Translations under genes and position numbers: made by a program | Assembly: GCA_963823665.1 (NCBI GenBank) | Contig: CAWGMQ010000004.1 | Location: forward strand, 1,408,001 to 1,472,000 | From: an uncultured Planctomycetota bacterium | Lineage (GTDB): Bacteria; Planctomycetota; Planctomycetia; Isosphaerales; Isosphaeraceae | Length of the DNA stretch: 64,000 nucleotides | Direction of reading: 5' to 3' | The notes under the pieces: generated by a model | The model's database searches: none | What the model was told of the DNA's origin: nothing | Seen by the model: the letters and a program-made list of their open reading frames with translations, nothing else | Shown here: piece by piece, positions 1 through 10,928 of the stretch | How positions within the stretch are numbered: position 1 is the first letter of the stretch | Layout: every line of letters begins with the position of its first letter

Positions 1-264
1 CTCCGCCGCCACCTTGATCAGCCGGCCGACGATCCACGCGGCAAGACCGCTGCCACCCAGCGAGATGAGGGCGATGATCCCGATCACCTGTCGCTCGCCC
101 CAGGTGAATTGTGAGTCCGAGAGCAGCGATTGAGATTTCTCGAGGAAGATTCCCAGGCCCAGCCCCACGATCCCCAACTGAACGAGCGGAGCCAGCAAAG
201 CAAGCGTCCGTCGGCCGCGCCGGAGCTCGTCATACCGAGGTCGATCGCTTGGGTATCGATTCAT
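1..264 (-). CDS. Membrane protein, 5' part only (runs off window start)
   Basis: Manual translation from ATG at 264: MNRYPSDRPRYDELRRGRRTLALLAPLVQLGIVGLGLGIFLEK...VIGIIALISLGGSGLAAWIVGRLIKVAAE. Open to base 1, two hydrophobic segments. Confidence 0.6.
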   Translation of the reverse strand, partial: MNRYPSDRPRYDELRRGRRTLALLAPLVQLGIVGLGLGIFLEKSQSLLSDSQFTWGERQVIGIIALISLGGSGLAAWIVGRLIKVAAE

Positions 265-314
265 GGGTCACGGGCGCTTCTGGAACGAAGAACATGAACA
301 GCCGGGCTGCGCCA

Positions 315-1166
315 TTATAGTCGCTCGAGGACGTAAAAGCCTCTGCGGAGAGCCGAGGAATGATCACGTACAAAGTGCACGGCTCGATAGGATTGTTCGA
401 AGGCTTGCTCGAATGCCTGTGCGACCAGCGATCGCCAGGTTTCGGCGAGGACACAATCTTCACTGCGAAGGGCCACGATGTCGTTCGGGATCTCCAGCAA
501 GAGCCGTGGCTCAGCGCCGTTGGAGATCGGTTTCACGCCAACTGGCACCACGCAACGACGAGGGGTTTCCTTCAGTTCGATCATTCGGGGAAGCCCGGCT
601 ACCGAATCGAAGGATAGCGGAGCAGGGGGCTCGGTCTCGACATTCCACTCGGCGATGAGCCGGTCAGAGGGCACGCCCGCATTGAGCCGGTCGGTGCGCT
701 CGCCGTACATGTTTTCGATATAGCGCGTGGCGTGCGCACCGAGACGACTGAGGTTGAAATGGGCGTTGCCGGCTTGAAGCGGATCGAACGACCACGCGAT
801 TCGCTCGATGCCCTCCTCACGAGCAACCTGGCGCTGAAACAGCTTGATTTCGAAGCCGAGACCTTGCGACTGATACTCGGGAACAACGCCGGTCAGTTGC
901 GAGTAGAGGCACAGACGCCCTTCGATCCTGCCGAGGAACGCGAACGACATCGCGACGGCTTCACCACCCGGCAGGAACGCTCCCACGACCAGTCCGCCAT
1001 GCAGGTTGGCGCCGACCATCGTTGCCACGGGGATGAGATAGCCGTCCTCGCCGATTCCCCAGGCGCGCTTTTGAGCTTCCTGACAGGTGCGGTAGTCGGC
1101 AATTGAGCGGGCGCGGCGAATGGTGATGTGATCGCCATCGGTTCGATACGACGTTTCTAGAGACAT
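315..1166 (-). CDS. GNAT-family acyltransferase (probable D-amino acid N-succinyltransferase)
   Basis: LYSQLTGVVPEYQSQGLG acyl-CoA motif; WSFDPLQAGNAHFNLSRLG and NMYG..TDRLNAG.PSDRL motifs; in an operon with NSAR/OSBS and an M20 peptidase. Confidence 0.8.
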   Translation of the reverse strand: MSLETSYRTDGDHITIRRARSIADYRTCQEAQKRAWGIGEDGYLIPVATMVGANLHGGLVVGAFLPGGEAVAMSFAFLGRIEGRLCLYSQLTGVVPEYQSQGLGFEIKLFQRQVAREEGIERIAWSFDPLQAGNAHFNLSRLGAHATRYIENMYGERTDRLNAGVPSDRLIAEWNVETEPPAPLSFDSVAGLPRMIELKETPRRCVVPVGVKPISNGAEPRLLLEIPNDIVALRSEDCVLAETWRSLVAQAFEQAFEQSYRAVHFVRDHSSALRRGFYVLERL

Positions 1167-1174
1167 GATCTTAC

Positions 1175-2323
1175 CTACAAACCAAGGAGCAGGCAGAAGA
1201 TGAGGGCGGCGCGTTCAGGGAGCGAGTCGATCAAGATATGCTCGTCGTCGGCATGGGCGCCGGAGCCGCGCGGGCCCAGGCCGTCCAGAGTAGGGATTCC
1301 CAGGGCGGATGTGAAGTTGCCGTCGCTGCCGCCGCCGGTGGATCCCTCGGTGAGCTCGAGGCAGAGAGGCTCGGATCGGGCGAGCCCGCGGGCTTTCTCG
1401 AAGAGAGACCCGTTGGCAGTCGTCCGCTCCATCGGAGGGCGGTTGAACGATCCGCGCAGCCTCAGGCGGATTTCAGGATTGGCGGGCAGAAGCGCGGCCA
1501 GGGCCGATTCGATCCGTGTTTCTTCGGCACGAGTGGCGACCCGGACATCGATCTCAGCCGAGGCGTGCGCGGGCACGACGTTGGTGGTGGTGCCACCTCG
1601 AATCACACCGACATTGATGGTGGTTCCGGCGGCCAGGTCCTGTAAGTCTTCGAGCCTGAGGATCTGGCGAGCGAGCTCCACGATCGCGTTTCGACCCTGC
1701 TGGGGCGCCACGCCGGCATGCGCGGCCTTGCCCTCAATCTCGAGATGAAACCGGCCGACGCCCTTGCGCGAGGTTTTCAGCCCGCCGTCGGCCAGAGCCG
1801 GCTCGAGCACCAGGGCGTAGGCACAATCAACCGCGAGCGTTTCGATGAGCTGGCGCGACGTGGGGCTGCCGATCTCTTCATCCGAAGTGAAAAGCACCCA
1901 GACAGGCCGAGGCAGGGCACACCCGAGTTTCTTGAGCTGTTCCATGACCGTGAGACAGACCACGAGGCTGGCCTTCATGTCGAAGACGCCGGGGCCGTGA
2001 GCTCGACCAGTCTCATCCAGACGAAACGGCATTCGCTCCAGAGTCCCGATCGGCCAGACGGTGTCGAAATGCCCCAGCACCAGGGCCGGCCTTTGGTCGG
2101 CCGGTCCGGACATCCGGCCAATCAAATGGTTTCCTCCGTGGATGTTGGAGACGACCTCGACTGCCGCGCCGGCATCCCGCAATTGGCCGGCCAGGAGCGT
2201 TGCCAGCGCGTCGAGAGCCGGCTTGTGGTGGCTGGGCGACTCGACGCTCACCAGCTCCGCCACGCGACGAATCATCGCCTGCTGAACATCCCCGGCGAAT
2301 TCGGAAGGTCCCCCGACGGCCAC
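1175..2323 (-). CDS. M20 family metallopeptidase (glutamate carboxypeptidase-like; probable N-succinyl-L-amino acid desuccinylase)
   Basis: GHFDTV, GPGVFDMKAS, DEEIGS, GGSDGNF and AHADDE motifs. GTG start at 2323 with AAAGGAG RBS; the longer ORF-track N-terminus is spurious. Confidence 0.88.
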   Translation of the reverse strand: MAVGGPSEFAGDVQQAMIRRVAELVSVESPSHHKPALDALATLLAGQLRDAGAAVEVVSNIHGGNHLIGRMSGPADQRPALVLGHFDTVWPIGTLERMPFRLDETGRAHGPGVFDMKASLVVCLTVMEQLKKLGCALPRPVWVLFTSDEEIGSPTSRQLIETLAVDCAYALVLEPALADGGLKTSRKGVGRFHLEIEGKAAHAGVAPQQGRNAIVELARQILRLEDLQDLAAGTTINVGVIRGGTTTNVVPAHASAEIDVRVATRAEETRIESALAALLPANPEIRLRLRGSFNRPPMERTTANGSLFEKARGLARSEPLCLELTEGSTGGGSDGNFTSALGIPTLDGLGPRGSGAHADDEHILIDSLPERAALIFCLLLGL

Positions 2324-2333
2324 GTGAACTCCT

Positions 2334-3440
2334 TTAAACTGAGAGCAGGAACTGGCGAATCGTTCGGGACCGGATGCGGGCTTCGATCGGCTCGACGCCA
2401 AGGCCGGCGGACGTCGGGACGCCGACTGCCCCTCGCTGGGCAAGAATCGGCGGTGCCACGAGATCTTCTGCGTAATACTTGTCGGAGCCGGAAACATCGC
2501 CTGGAAGCGAGAACCCCGGCAGCGATGCGATCGCCACGTTGGCCGCCCGGCCGATGCCGAACTCGTGCATTCCTCCGCACCATACGGGCACTCCACGCTC
2601 GTAACAATGATCGTGAACACGCTTGGCTTCAAGCAAGCCTCCCAGGCGGCTGACTTTGATATTGATCACGCGGCAGGCTCCCAGGTCGAGAGCCTTGCGG
2701 GCGTCGGCCACGGAATGGATGCTTTCGTCCAGGCAAATGGGCGTCTTCAGCGACTCCTGAAGCCGCGCGTGGTCGATGATGTCGTCGTCGGCGAGAGGCT
2801 GCTCGATCAAGAGCAGGTCAAAATCGTCAAGCTGCTTGAGCGTCGGCAAGTCTTCGAGCGTGTAAGCAGAGTTCGCATCGACCTGGAGCGGGATGTGCGG
2901 GTAGCGGTCGCGCACGCGGCGCACCACATTGACGTCCCAGCCCGGCGCGATCTTGAGTTTGATGCGGCGGTAGCCTTCATCGAGGTAGCGACCGATCAAG
3001 TCCAGCAGGGATTCAACGCGGGATTCGATACCCAGGCTCACTCCCGAGAGGATTTCCGTGCGGGTTCCTCCCAGAAGCTCGTTCAACGGTTGGCCACATG
3101 TTCTGCCCAGCAGGTCCCAGCATGCCATTTCCAGCCCGGCGCGTGCAAAGCGATTACCCTTGACTCGCCCGTAAAAGGCCGTGAGCTCATCGACGGTTGA
3201 CCAATCTCGACCGATCACGCCCGGGACCAGGAAATCGCGGAGAACGTGCCAGCACGTTTCGGTGGTCTCCGGGCAATAGTACGGGTCAGACGGACTGGCG
3301 CATTCGCCCCATCCGATCACGCCTTTGGCGACAGCCCGCACGATGATATGGTCGAGGTAGTCCTTTCGGCTCGAGCTGGTCTGGAACGGCCGGACCAGGG
3401 GAAGGCGGACCATTCTGAGCTCGACCTGCTCGATCCGCAT
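2334..3440 (-). CDS. menC: o-succinylbenzoate synthase / N-succinylamino acid racemase (enolase superfamily, NSAR/OSBS subfamily)
   Basis: KLK catalytic motif, DAN/EQP/DES metal ligands, NIK, WCGGMHEFG, PGDVSGSDKYY; start MRIEQVEL at 3440. Confidence 0.88.
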   Translation of the reverse strand: MRIEQVELRMVRLPLVRPFQTSSSRKDYLDHIIVRAVAKGVIGWGECASPSDPYYCPETTETCWHVLRDFLVPGVIGRDWSTVDELTAFYGRVKGNRFARAGLEMACWDLLGRTCGQPLNELLGGTRTEILSGVSLGIESRVESLLDLIGRYLDEGYRRIKLKIAPGWDVNVVRRVRDRYPHIPLQVDANSAYTLEDLPTLKQLDDFDLLLIEQPLADDDIIDHARLQESLKTPICLDESIHSVADARKALDLGACRVINIKVSRLGGLLEAKRVHDHCYERGVPVWCGGMHEFGIGRAANVAIASLPGFSLPGDVSGSDKYYAEDLVAPPILAQRGAVGVPTSAGLGVEPIEARIRSRTIRQFLLSV

Positions 3441-4038
3441 GGATATTCCGCACTGAAAAATGCTCGAATGGTTCCGACGCAGCCCCCAGGTTCGGCATTT
3501 CGCGCTGACATTGCAAGACACCGAGGCTGGCGAGCGTTAGATATCGCGGGCAATACCTGGTCGTGATCCCCAAGCACCGCATCGTCGCCGTCCGGCAACT
3601 TCGGGCTCCGAACATGGAAGCGACCAAGACAGACGATTTCGGCGAGTCTAGCCAGAAAGTGCAGGACCTGGTCCCGGGGAAGCCGACGGCCGCTCCGGCA
3701 GGAGGTTGAACGGCTGTCGCATCTGACTGAACGGACGTGCAATTCGTTTTCCGCAGGCGCGGTGGGATCAGAGATCAACGAATTCTCCTGGCGACCGCTC
3801 TCGAACGGTCGTGAGCACAGGAGGCTCAAGCTTGCGAAGACGGCTTCGTGGCCTTTTTGCGGGGCATAACACTGAACGCCGGTCTTTGAGCGTGTGCGGA
3901 ATGGGAAATCGCTTGAGATCGGCTCGGCGGATGTTAAACTAGTTATTAACGTCAAAGGCTCCCTCATCGTGCGTGACGGCGAGCCAGCCTTGCAGATCCT
4001 GCCAGACTTTCCTACCTGCCTGCTAAGGAGCTGACATC

Positions 4039-5415
4039 ATGACCGAGCCCATTCCGACCACTTCGCGCCGAAGCTTCCTGGGAACGACGGGCTTGGCCGC
4101 CGCGGGTTCTGCCCTGGCAGGCGTCGCGATTCCCGCGGTCCATGCGGCCGAGGACAACACGATTCGCGTGGCCTTGATCGGCTGCGGAGGACGAGGCACG
4201 GGGGCGGCCGGTGATGCACTTTCGACCCGGCAGGGTCCGATCAAGCTCACCGCAATGGCCGACGTCTTCGAGGATCGGCTTTCCTCGAGCTATGAGACAT
4301 TGGTCAAGGAACATAAAGACAAGGTCGACGTGAGCTGCGAGCACAAATTTATCGGCTTTGACGCCTACAAAAACGCGATGGATTCCTTGAAGCCGGGCGA
4401 CGTGGTGATTCTTTCGACGCCGCCGGCCTTTCGCTGGGTGCACTTCACCTATGCGATTCAGAAGGGGCTGCACACGTTCATGGAGAAACCGGTGACGGTC
4501 GACGGACCGACCACGCGCCGGATGATCGCCTTGGGAGAAGAGGCGAAAAAGAAGAACCTGAAGGTGGGTGTCGGGCTCATGTGCCGGCACTGCGAGGCGC
4601 GCGGCGAGCTGCTCAACCGCATCAACGACGGCGCGATCGGTGACATTGTGTTATTGCGGGCCTATCGCCAGACTGGGCCGGTCGGTTCCGCGCTTACCGG
4701 CCCGAAGCCCGACGGCATCAGCGAGCTGCTCTACCAGATCAAGCGGTTCCACGCGTTTCTGTGGGCGAGCGGCGGCTGTTTCAGCGACTTCTTGATCCAC
4801 AACATCGACGAATGCTGCTGGATGAAGGGCGCCTGGCCGATTTCGGCCAAGGGCTCCGGCGCTCGTTGCTATCGCGGCGACTACATCGACCAGAACTTCG
4901 ATACCTACTCCGTTGAATACACCTTTGCGGACGGCAGCAAGATGTTTCTGGAGGGGCGGAATATCGACGGCTGCAATCAGGAGTTCGCCAGCTACGCGCA
5001 TGGAAGCAAGGGCTCGGCGGTCATTTCGTCCAATTCGCACAGCCCGGCGAGGTGCAAGATCTACAAGGGACAGAACATGCGGCGGAGCGACATCACCTGG
5101 GCGTTCCCCCAGCCCGAGCCGAACCCGTACCAGGTGGAATGGGACGACCTGATCCACGCCATCCGCAAGGACAAGCTCTACAACGAGGTGAAGCGCGGCG
5201 CCGAGGCCAGCCTGGTCACATCAATGGGCCGCATGGCCGCTCACACCGGGCAAATCATCACTTTCGATGACATGCTCAACTGCAAGTGCGAGTTTGCCCC
5301 CGAAGTCGATAAACTGACCATGACCAGCCCGGCGCCGCTGCAGGTTGACAAACTGACCAAACGATATCCTGCTCCACAGCCCGGGATTGTCACCGACCGC
5401 GAATACCTGGCTTGA
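4039..5415 (+). CDS. Tat-exported Gfo/Idh/MocA family oxidoreductase
   Basis: SRRSFL twin-arginine signal, GCGGRGTGA Rossmann motif, FMEKP, HNID. Confidence 0.9.
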   Translation: MTEPIPTTSRRSFLGTTGLAAAGSALAGVAIPAVHAAEDNTIRVALIGCGGRGTGAAGDALSTRQGPIKLTAMADVFEDRLSSSYETLVKEHKDKVDVSCEHKFIGFDAYKNAMDSLKPGDVVILSTPPAFRWVHFTYAIQKGLHTFMEKPVTVDGPTTRRMIALGEEAKKKNLKVGVGLMCRHCEARGELLNRINDGAIGDIVLLRAYRQTGPVGSALTGPKPDGISELLYQIKRFHAFLWASGGCFSDFLIHNIDECCWMKGAWPISAKGSGARCYRGDYIDQNFDTYSVEYTFADGSKMFLEGRNIDGCNQEFASYAHGSKGSAVISSNSHSPARCKIYKGQNMRRSDITWAFPQPEPNPYQVEWDDLIHAIRKDKLYNEVKRGAEASLVTSMGRMAAHTGQIITFDDMLNCKCEFAPEVDKLTMTSPAPLQVDKLTKRYPAPQPGIVTDREYLA

Positions 5416-5436
5416 GGAAAAATCGACATCGAAGGG

Positions 5437-6680
5437 ATGGCAACGAATTCGGGTCCATCGACGAAAGCGCCCGGCGCCAGGCGGATCTCGTCGATGGACC
5501 AGTTCCGGGGCTATACCGTCGCCGGCATGTTCGTCGTCAACTTCGTGGGTGGGCTTGCGGCCTTTCCCGAGGTGCTCAAGCATCACAGCGGCCTGCCGTA
5601 TCTCAGCTATGCTGATACGATCATGCCGAGTTTCATGTTCGCGGCTGGGTTTTCGTATCGGCTGAGCGCACTCAAGCGGTTTGCGCGTATCGACATTTCG
5701 TGGTCCGCAGCCTGGCGCTGGTCCTCATATCGCTGGTCATGTACGCGGGCAAAGATGTCGAATTCAAGCAGTGGACACCGACCTACGACTTGCAGCAGAG
5801 GGCGTGGCGGGTTGTCGGCACGCTGTTGAAGGCGAACTTATGGGAGGTGCTGGCGATCATCGGGGTCGTGCAGATATTGATCCTTCCCGTGATCGCCGCG
5901 AGCACGAGAGCCAGAGTGATCGCCTGCGTCGACTGCGCGACGATTCATCTGCTGATCTCTTATTCGTTTAACTTCGCGTTCGTTTATGGAAAACCGAACT
6001 GGATGGACGAACGAATCTGGGGATTGACCGGTGAGTCGGCGTGGGACGGCGGATTCTTCGGTCCAATTGGCTGGGCAATTCCCATGTTGCTGGGAACGGT
6101 TGCGTTTGACGTTTTATCGCGTAACGGACCGTGGAAATCTGCGGTGAAAGTGCTCGGCTTGGGATTGGGCCTCATGACGCTCGGGTATGGATTCAACTGT
6201 CTGACCACGCTGTATGACACAGACAAAGGGAACGTGAAGGTGGTTGATGACGTGGCCGAGAGCCCTGTCGTTCCTCCGGTCGGAAACGCGGCGAATCGGG
6301 AGTTGGCCACGCTTCTCGCGCCACCGCCATTTGCGCAGCCGCCGCCGATCAAGATCCGCCCGCACAACTACTGGATGATGAACAAAAAGGTTGTGAGTCT
6401 TCCGTTCTCGCTTTTCTCGTCGGGGTTTGCCCTGGCTCTCTACGCGCTTTTTGTGCCATTGTGCGACGTGTGGGGAATCTCGATCGGAGTATTTCGGACG
6501 CTGGGAACGAACCCGCTAGCGGCGTACATCATTCACCACGCAGTTGAAGGGGCGGTACTCGGTGTGGTTCCAGACGATTCGCCTCTCTGGTACGGTTGCG
6601 CGGGGCTTCTCGTCTTCTTCACGATTAGCTATCTATTCGTGCGTTATCTCGAAAAACACGGATACTACTTGAGGCTCTGA
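5437..6680 (+). CDS. Heparan-alpha-glucosaminide N-acetyltransferase-like (DUF5009-type) membrane protein, frameshifted near 5690
   Basis: [17 protein letters not shown] and [12 protein letters not shown] in the first frame, multi-TM continuation in the 5700 frame; paralog at 44225. Confidence 0.8.
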
Positions 6681-6715
6681 CCTTCGGGCAGGGCTCGCGC
6701 GCAGGGCGCTCCAGG

Positions 6716-7795
6716 TCAATACTGCCCGAGGACCATCTCGCTGGCATTTCGAGTCGAAAGGGCCTGGTAGATCCCCATCTGCATCCCTGTCGGAATGATC
6801 GGGACACAGTTCGCGTCGCGACCGATTTGGAGTGAGTTCCAGGAACTCACGGAGTTGGCGATGAAGCGGACCGAGCCATCTCCCATCGCGAAATTGCAAC
6901 CGTTCCCATGGTAACTCGAAGCCGAGATGGCGACGATCGACCCGCCGGCGTCACACGGTCCGGGAAGAATGGTGAGATCCGCGCCGGCCAGATTCATCGG
7001 ATAGAAGGTGGACATCAAGCCGTCGCCGAAATCCGAATCAGCCCACCAGCCGCGCGTGGTAAAAGTGCACCCGCCGGACGCGTTGCAGGGAACCGGGAAA
7101 GTGATGCTCAGCTTTCCGTGGGCGCTCTCACCCAGCATGATCGTGTTGCTGAGCCCGTCCGTAACACTCGCAAATGTAACGGGGCCCTGACTGGGAGTGT
7201 TGGGGATCCAACCGGGCCCACCGATGTCGGGAAACATACCCGTTTCTGCGGCCAGAACCTGGTTATTGATCGGGTAGTACATGAATGTGCCTGCGATGCC
7301 ACGGTAGCTGGTGCATGCCGTCACAATCGTCGAGCCGTCCAGGCTGGTTCCCGTCTCGTTTAATTTCACGTTCCGCGCACCCGGATCACTCGGGCATGTC
7401 AGAAGCGCGGGACCGAGGGGAGGTACTGTGGCGTTACGAACCTGGTAGGGGCCGAGTGATTGATTGATCGCGTTGTAGACCGGCCGTTCCTCCGTGTAAG
7501 CCAACAGGGCAGCGAACTGCCCCCAGCCGTCGGAAAACTGCTGAAACGTACCGCCTGTTCCAATGTATATCTGAGAAGTACGGCCAAGCGGCAAGGATCC
7601 GAACGAGTTCTCGTAACTATGGCAAGCCAGAGCAAGCTGCTTGAGATTGTTGGTGCACTGGCTCCGCCGGGCCGCTTCCCGCGCGGCCTGAACTGCCGGC
7701 AGAAGGAGCGCAATCAAGACCGCGATGATCGCAATGACGACGAGAAGTTCAATCAATGTGAAGCCTTTGGAATCGCTTCGCAAATCTCGTTTCAT
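6716..7795 (-). CDS. DUF1559 prepilin-type N-terminal cleavage/methylation protein
   Basis: [48 protein letters not shown], and H-X9-DG motif [12 protein letters not shown]. Confidence 0.95.
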   Translation of the reverse strand: MKRDLRSDSKGFTLIELLVVIAIIAVLIALLLPAVQAAREAARRSQCTNNLKQLALACHSYENSFGSLPLGRTSQIYIGTGGTFQQFSDGWGQFAALLAYTEERPVYNAINQSLGPYQVRNATVPPLGPALLTCPSDPGARNVKLNETGTSLDGSTIVTACTSYRGIAGTFMYYPINNQVLAAETGMFPDIGGPGWIPNTPSQGPVTFASVTDGLSNTIMLGESAHGKLSITFPVPCNASGGCTFTTRGWWADSDFGDGLMSTFYPMNLAGADLTILPGPCDAGGSIVAISASSYHGNGCNFAMGDGSVRFIANSVSSWNSLQIGRDANCVPIIPTGMQMGIYQALSTRNASEMVLGQY

Positions 7796-7951
7796 GTCGG
7801 GCCCTTCCGGAATGAATATGGCAGAGTCTCCGGCCCGCTCGGCCGGTTGACCCAGAATTGGATTCGGCGCACGACTCTCATTCGAGTCTAATAGGCCGGC
7901 CGCCGCCGCGGCAAGCTGAAGATCTGCAATTGCTTACGAAATGGGAACCAA

Positions 7952-8170
7952 CTATTGCTGCGGCGCCTTTTCGCGCTCCTGACGGGAGCTTATTTTCGGA
8001 TTGGGCTTGGGAGTATTGACCTTCGCCTGCTCGGCGGGCGCACCCCCTTCTGGCAGTGTCAGCTCGTTGTCACCTGAACCGCAGCCCGCTGCGGTGATGA
8101 ACCCGACCAATACGGCAACCAGAGCCGATCGACGACAACTTTCGGACAGCCACGGCATGCATCTCATCAA
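7952..8170 (-). CDS. Small lipoprotein associated with the DUF1559 gene
   Basis: Hydrophobic stretch plus AAGC lipobox followed by a short Pro/charged tail; typical DUF1559 neighbour. Confidence 0.6.
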   Translation of the reverse strand: MMRCMPWLSESCRRSALVAVLVGFITAAGCGSGDNELTLPEGGAPAEQAKVNTPKPNPKISSRQEREKAPQQ

Positions 8171-8390
8171 CGATCTTGATCTCCGTGTAAAGACCGGGAG
8201 TTCTTATCGAAAGTCGAGTGGTCGCCACCGCTTTCTCGAATGCAGTCGAACATTCACCTGTCTCAAGATTGTCACACCGATGGCCGGGCTTTTCCAGGAG
8301 GCTCTCGAGTCGACGATCGCGAATTCCACCTGCTCGTGAGCCCGGTTGCACCACGGCTCTTTCCGATACCCCACTCGGGTACCGCCCTGC

Positions 8391-9422
8391 TCACACCGTT
8401 TGAACCAAGGACTTCATCTTCTCCAGACCCGTCTGAATGACGGCGAGCGGGTCTTGACTCCAGAGCTTGCGATTGAATAGCTCGAGCGAAAGCGTGACGT
8501 GGAAACCGCCTGAAGCAAGGTTTCGCAGCAACTGCTTCAGTGGTGCGACCCCGTCCCCGGGGTAGACCCTGTCGGCGTCGGTCGCCTTTTCACGCGGCGG
8601 ATCGGCCGGGTAATCGTTGAAATGAAAGACGTGGATCGATTCACGCCCGAGAAGTGTGATCCCATCAAACCCCGACCCGCCACGATACAGGTGATAGACA
8701 TCCGGTAGGATGCACGCTTTGGGATGATGCGACTCGAGCGCCACCTGTGCGGCCTCGCCCAGCCGGCTCAACGTCTTGGAGCCCCCCCAGACCTCGACCT
8801 GGGGAACAACACCACACTGGTCGCCCAGCTCGAGCAAGGTCCGATATCGCTCGGCGATCGGCAGCATGTCGGCCATCCGCCGATCGGTAGCGCCCACCGG
8901 CGGCGCAGCCAGGCGCTTGCCGCCGATCTTGCTCACCAGGTCCATCGCGCGACGGGCAGCCTCAAACCCCTTGCGCCGGCGTTCCGGATCATCGACCACC
9001 CAATCGAAAAAGCCGATCGCGCTCTCGACGGTGATGCCGGCATCCCGGAACCGCTTCGCGAGGTCGTCAAGCGACCCACCCGACTGCGCATACCGCTCGA
9101 GCTCGTCGATCCACGGTTCCATCGCGTGGTAGCCTGCCTTCTTCGCCAGCTCGATCTCCTCGACGATCGAGAGCTTTTGTCCGCGAATGGTGCTGGTATT
9201 GAGCCCGAGCAGGAACTGGCCCTTGTTGATCGAGGCCGCCGCATCACCCTGGCCGGACCCGGAGCCACCCACCGACGCGTGTACGCCGGCCCCACGCACA
9301 GTTCCCCCGGCCACAAGCCCCGCGACTCCACCGACAATCAATTCCCGCCGCTTGAGGTCACATCTCACGTCGCCATCCTCCCGCTCTGGTGTCTCAAGGA
9401 ACCGCCAATGCTCTCGACACAT
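8391..9422 (-). CDS. Sugar phosphate isomerase/epimerase (xylose isomerase-like TIM barrel), Tat signal
   Basis: KRRELI twin-Arg, LNTSTIRG, DVYH, HFND, YPGDG, SLELFN; true start probably slightly downstream of 9422. Confidence 0.88.
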   Translation of the reverse strand: MCREHWRFLETPEREDGDVRCDLKRRELIVGGVAGLVAGGTVRGAGVHASVGGSGSGQGDAAASINKGQFLLGLNTSTIRGQKLSIVEEIELAKKAGYHAMEPWIDELERYAQSGGSLDDLAKRFRDAGITVESAIGFFDWVVDDPERRRKGFEAARRAMDLVSKIGGKRLAAPPVGATDRRMADMLPIAERYRTLLELGDQCGVVPQVEVWGGSKTLSRLGEAAQVALESHHPKACILPDVYHLYRGGSGFDGITLLGRESIHVFHFNDYPADPPREKATDADRVYPGDGVAPLKQLLRNLASGGFHVTLSLELFNRKLWSQDPLAVIQTGLEKMKSLVQTV

Positions 9423-9476
9423 AAGTTATTATCAGCATTAACTTATCAGCGTTCGGCGCGGCTTGCAACTGACTAT

Positions 9477-10901
9477 TTACGAGTACTCCATGTCATTCCG
9501 AAGCGCCCGCCGGGCTTCCTCGTGAATCGCCTGCATCCGCCCGCGGATCAGCTCGGTGACGAGCTTCGGATCCAGCCCGGCCATCTCGCTCGGCATGATC
9601 GGCGGCCCGTAGTGAATCCTCACCGGATGCGGCACCGGAACGGGCCGTGACCGCGGCCAGCTCTCGTGCAATCCTGCGACCGCGGCCGGAACCACCGGTA
9701 CTCCCACCCGCGCCGCCAGAACCGCGATTCCAGGCTTGAGCGGCCCGAGCTCGCCGTCAGGGCTGCGCGTTCCCTCCGGAAACAGCGTCACGATCCCGCC
9801 GGCCTTGAGCCGCTTGAGCGTCTCCTTCATGCCCGAGGCGCCAATTCCTTCGCGCTGGATGGGAAACCCGCCGACCGAGCGGATGAGCATTCCCAGAACC
9901 GGTAAGAACAACGTCGATCGCGCCACATAATTGAGCGGCCTGCGCAGCGGGATCCCCACAAAAAAGACATCCAGAAAGCTCACGTGATTGCAAACGAGAA
10001 GCACGCCCCCCGCAGCAGGAATATGACCCTGCCCGTTCGCTCGCCAGCGCATGACGCAGAGAGCCAGGCTCGAACAGACGCACTGAACGATCCGGTACCA
10101 GATCAAGCTCCCGCGCGAACGGTCGCGGCGTATCGGCTCCTCCCGCGGCCCTTGCTCTCGCGCCGGCGCGGCAGCCGACACGACCGGCGGGCGCTCGCCG
10201 ACCGCTTCCGGTGCATCGCCCCCTCGTTCTTGTCGCAGGCCCTCGTCTGGCCCTCTGCTCTGCACGTCGGCCGCCAGCCGTTCCACGACTTTTTCGATGC
10301 TCAACCCCGTCGAGTCCACGACAATCGCGTCGTCCGCGGGTTTCATCGGGGCGATCGCCCGGTCCGCATCGCGAGCGTCTCTCGCACGGATCTCTTCCAG
10401 CACGGCTTCGAAACCCAGTGCTTCCTGCCTCTGTGCATAATCAACCAGCCGGCGGCGAGCCCGCTCTTCCTCGCTGGCAGTCAAGAAGTACTTGCGAAAC
10501 GCGTCCGGAAAAACCAGCGTCCCCTGATCCCGACCTTCAGTCACCACGTTCTCCGTCGCGGCGAACTCCCGTTGCCACGCCGTCAGCCGCCTGCGCACGC
10601 TCGGACTATCGGCGATGAACCGTGACGACTCTGTGACCGCCGAGCCGCGAATCAGTTCCGTCACATCTTCGGAGCCCAGGACGACTTTTCCGGGCGGCAT
10701 CCGCACTTCGAGGTTCTCAACCAGCGAGCAAAGGTCCGATTCACTCGCGAGGTCGACATTCGCGCGAAGCGCCGCCAGCGTGACGGCACGGTACATCGCG
10801 CCGGTATCGAGGAAGCGCCAGCCCAGTCGATCGGCTAACTTCCGCGCAACGGTGCTTTTGCCGGCGCCGGCCGGTCCGTCGATCGTGACGACGCGGTACA
10901 T
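9477..10901 (-). CDS. cmk: Cytidylate kinase fused to a 1-acyl-sn-glycerol-3-phosphate acyltransferase (PlsC-like)
   Basis: N-terminal IDGPAGAGKST, DTGAMYR, EGRDQG; C-terminal NHVSFLD and FPEGTRS acyltransferase motifs; Pro/Ala/Glu linker between them. Confidence 0.9.
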   Translation of the reverse strand: MYRVVTIDGPAGAGKSTVARKLADRLGWRFLDTGAMYRAVTLAALRANVDLASESDLCSLVENLEVRMPPGKVVLGSEDVTELIRGSAVTESSRFIADSPSVRRRLTAWQREFAATENVVTEGRDQGTLVFPDAFRKYFLTASEEERARRRLVDYAQRQEALGFEAVLEEIRARDARDADRAIAPMKPADDAIVVDSTGLSIEKVVERLAADVQSRGPDEGLRQERGGDAPEAVGERPPVVSAAAPAREQGPREEPIRRDRSRGSLIWYRIVQCVCSSLALCVMRWRANGQGHIPAAGGVLLVCNHVSFLDVFFVGIPLRRPLNYVARSTLFLPVLGMLIRSVGGFPIQREGIGASGMKETLKRLKAGGIVTLFPEGTRSPDGELGPLKPGIAVLAARVGVPVVPAAVAGLHESWPRSRPVPVPHPVRIHYGPPIMPSEMAGLDPKLVTELIRGRMQAIHEEARRALRNDMEYS

Positions 10902-10928
10902 GAGGTTGGTTGTCTGAAGGCCGAACGC

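Noticed and set aside
3317..3967. 216-aa minus-strand ORF between menC and the oxidoreductase
   Set aside because: No motifs, atypical composition and overlap with menC; more likely a divergent promoter region.
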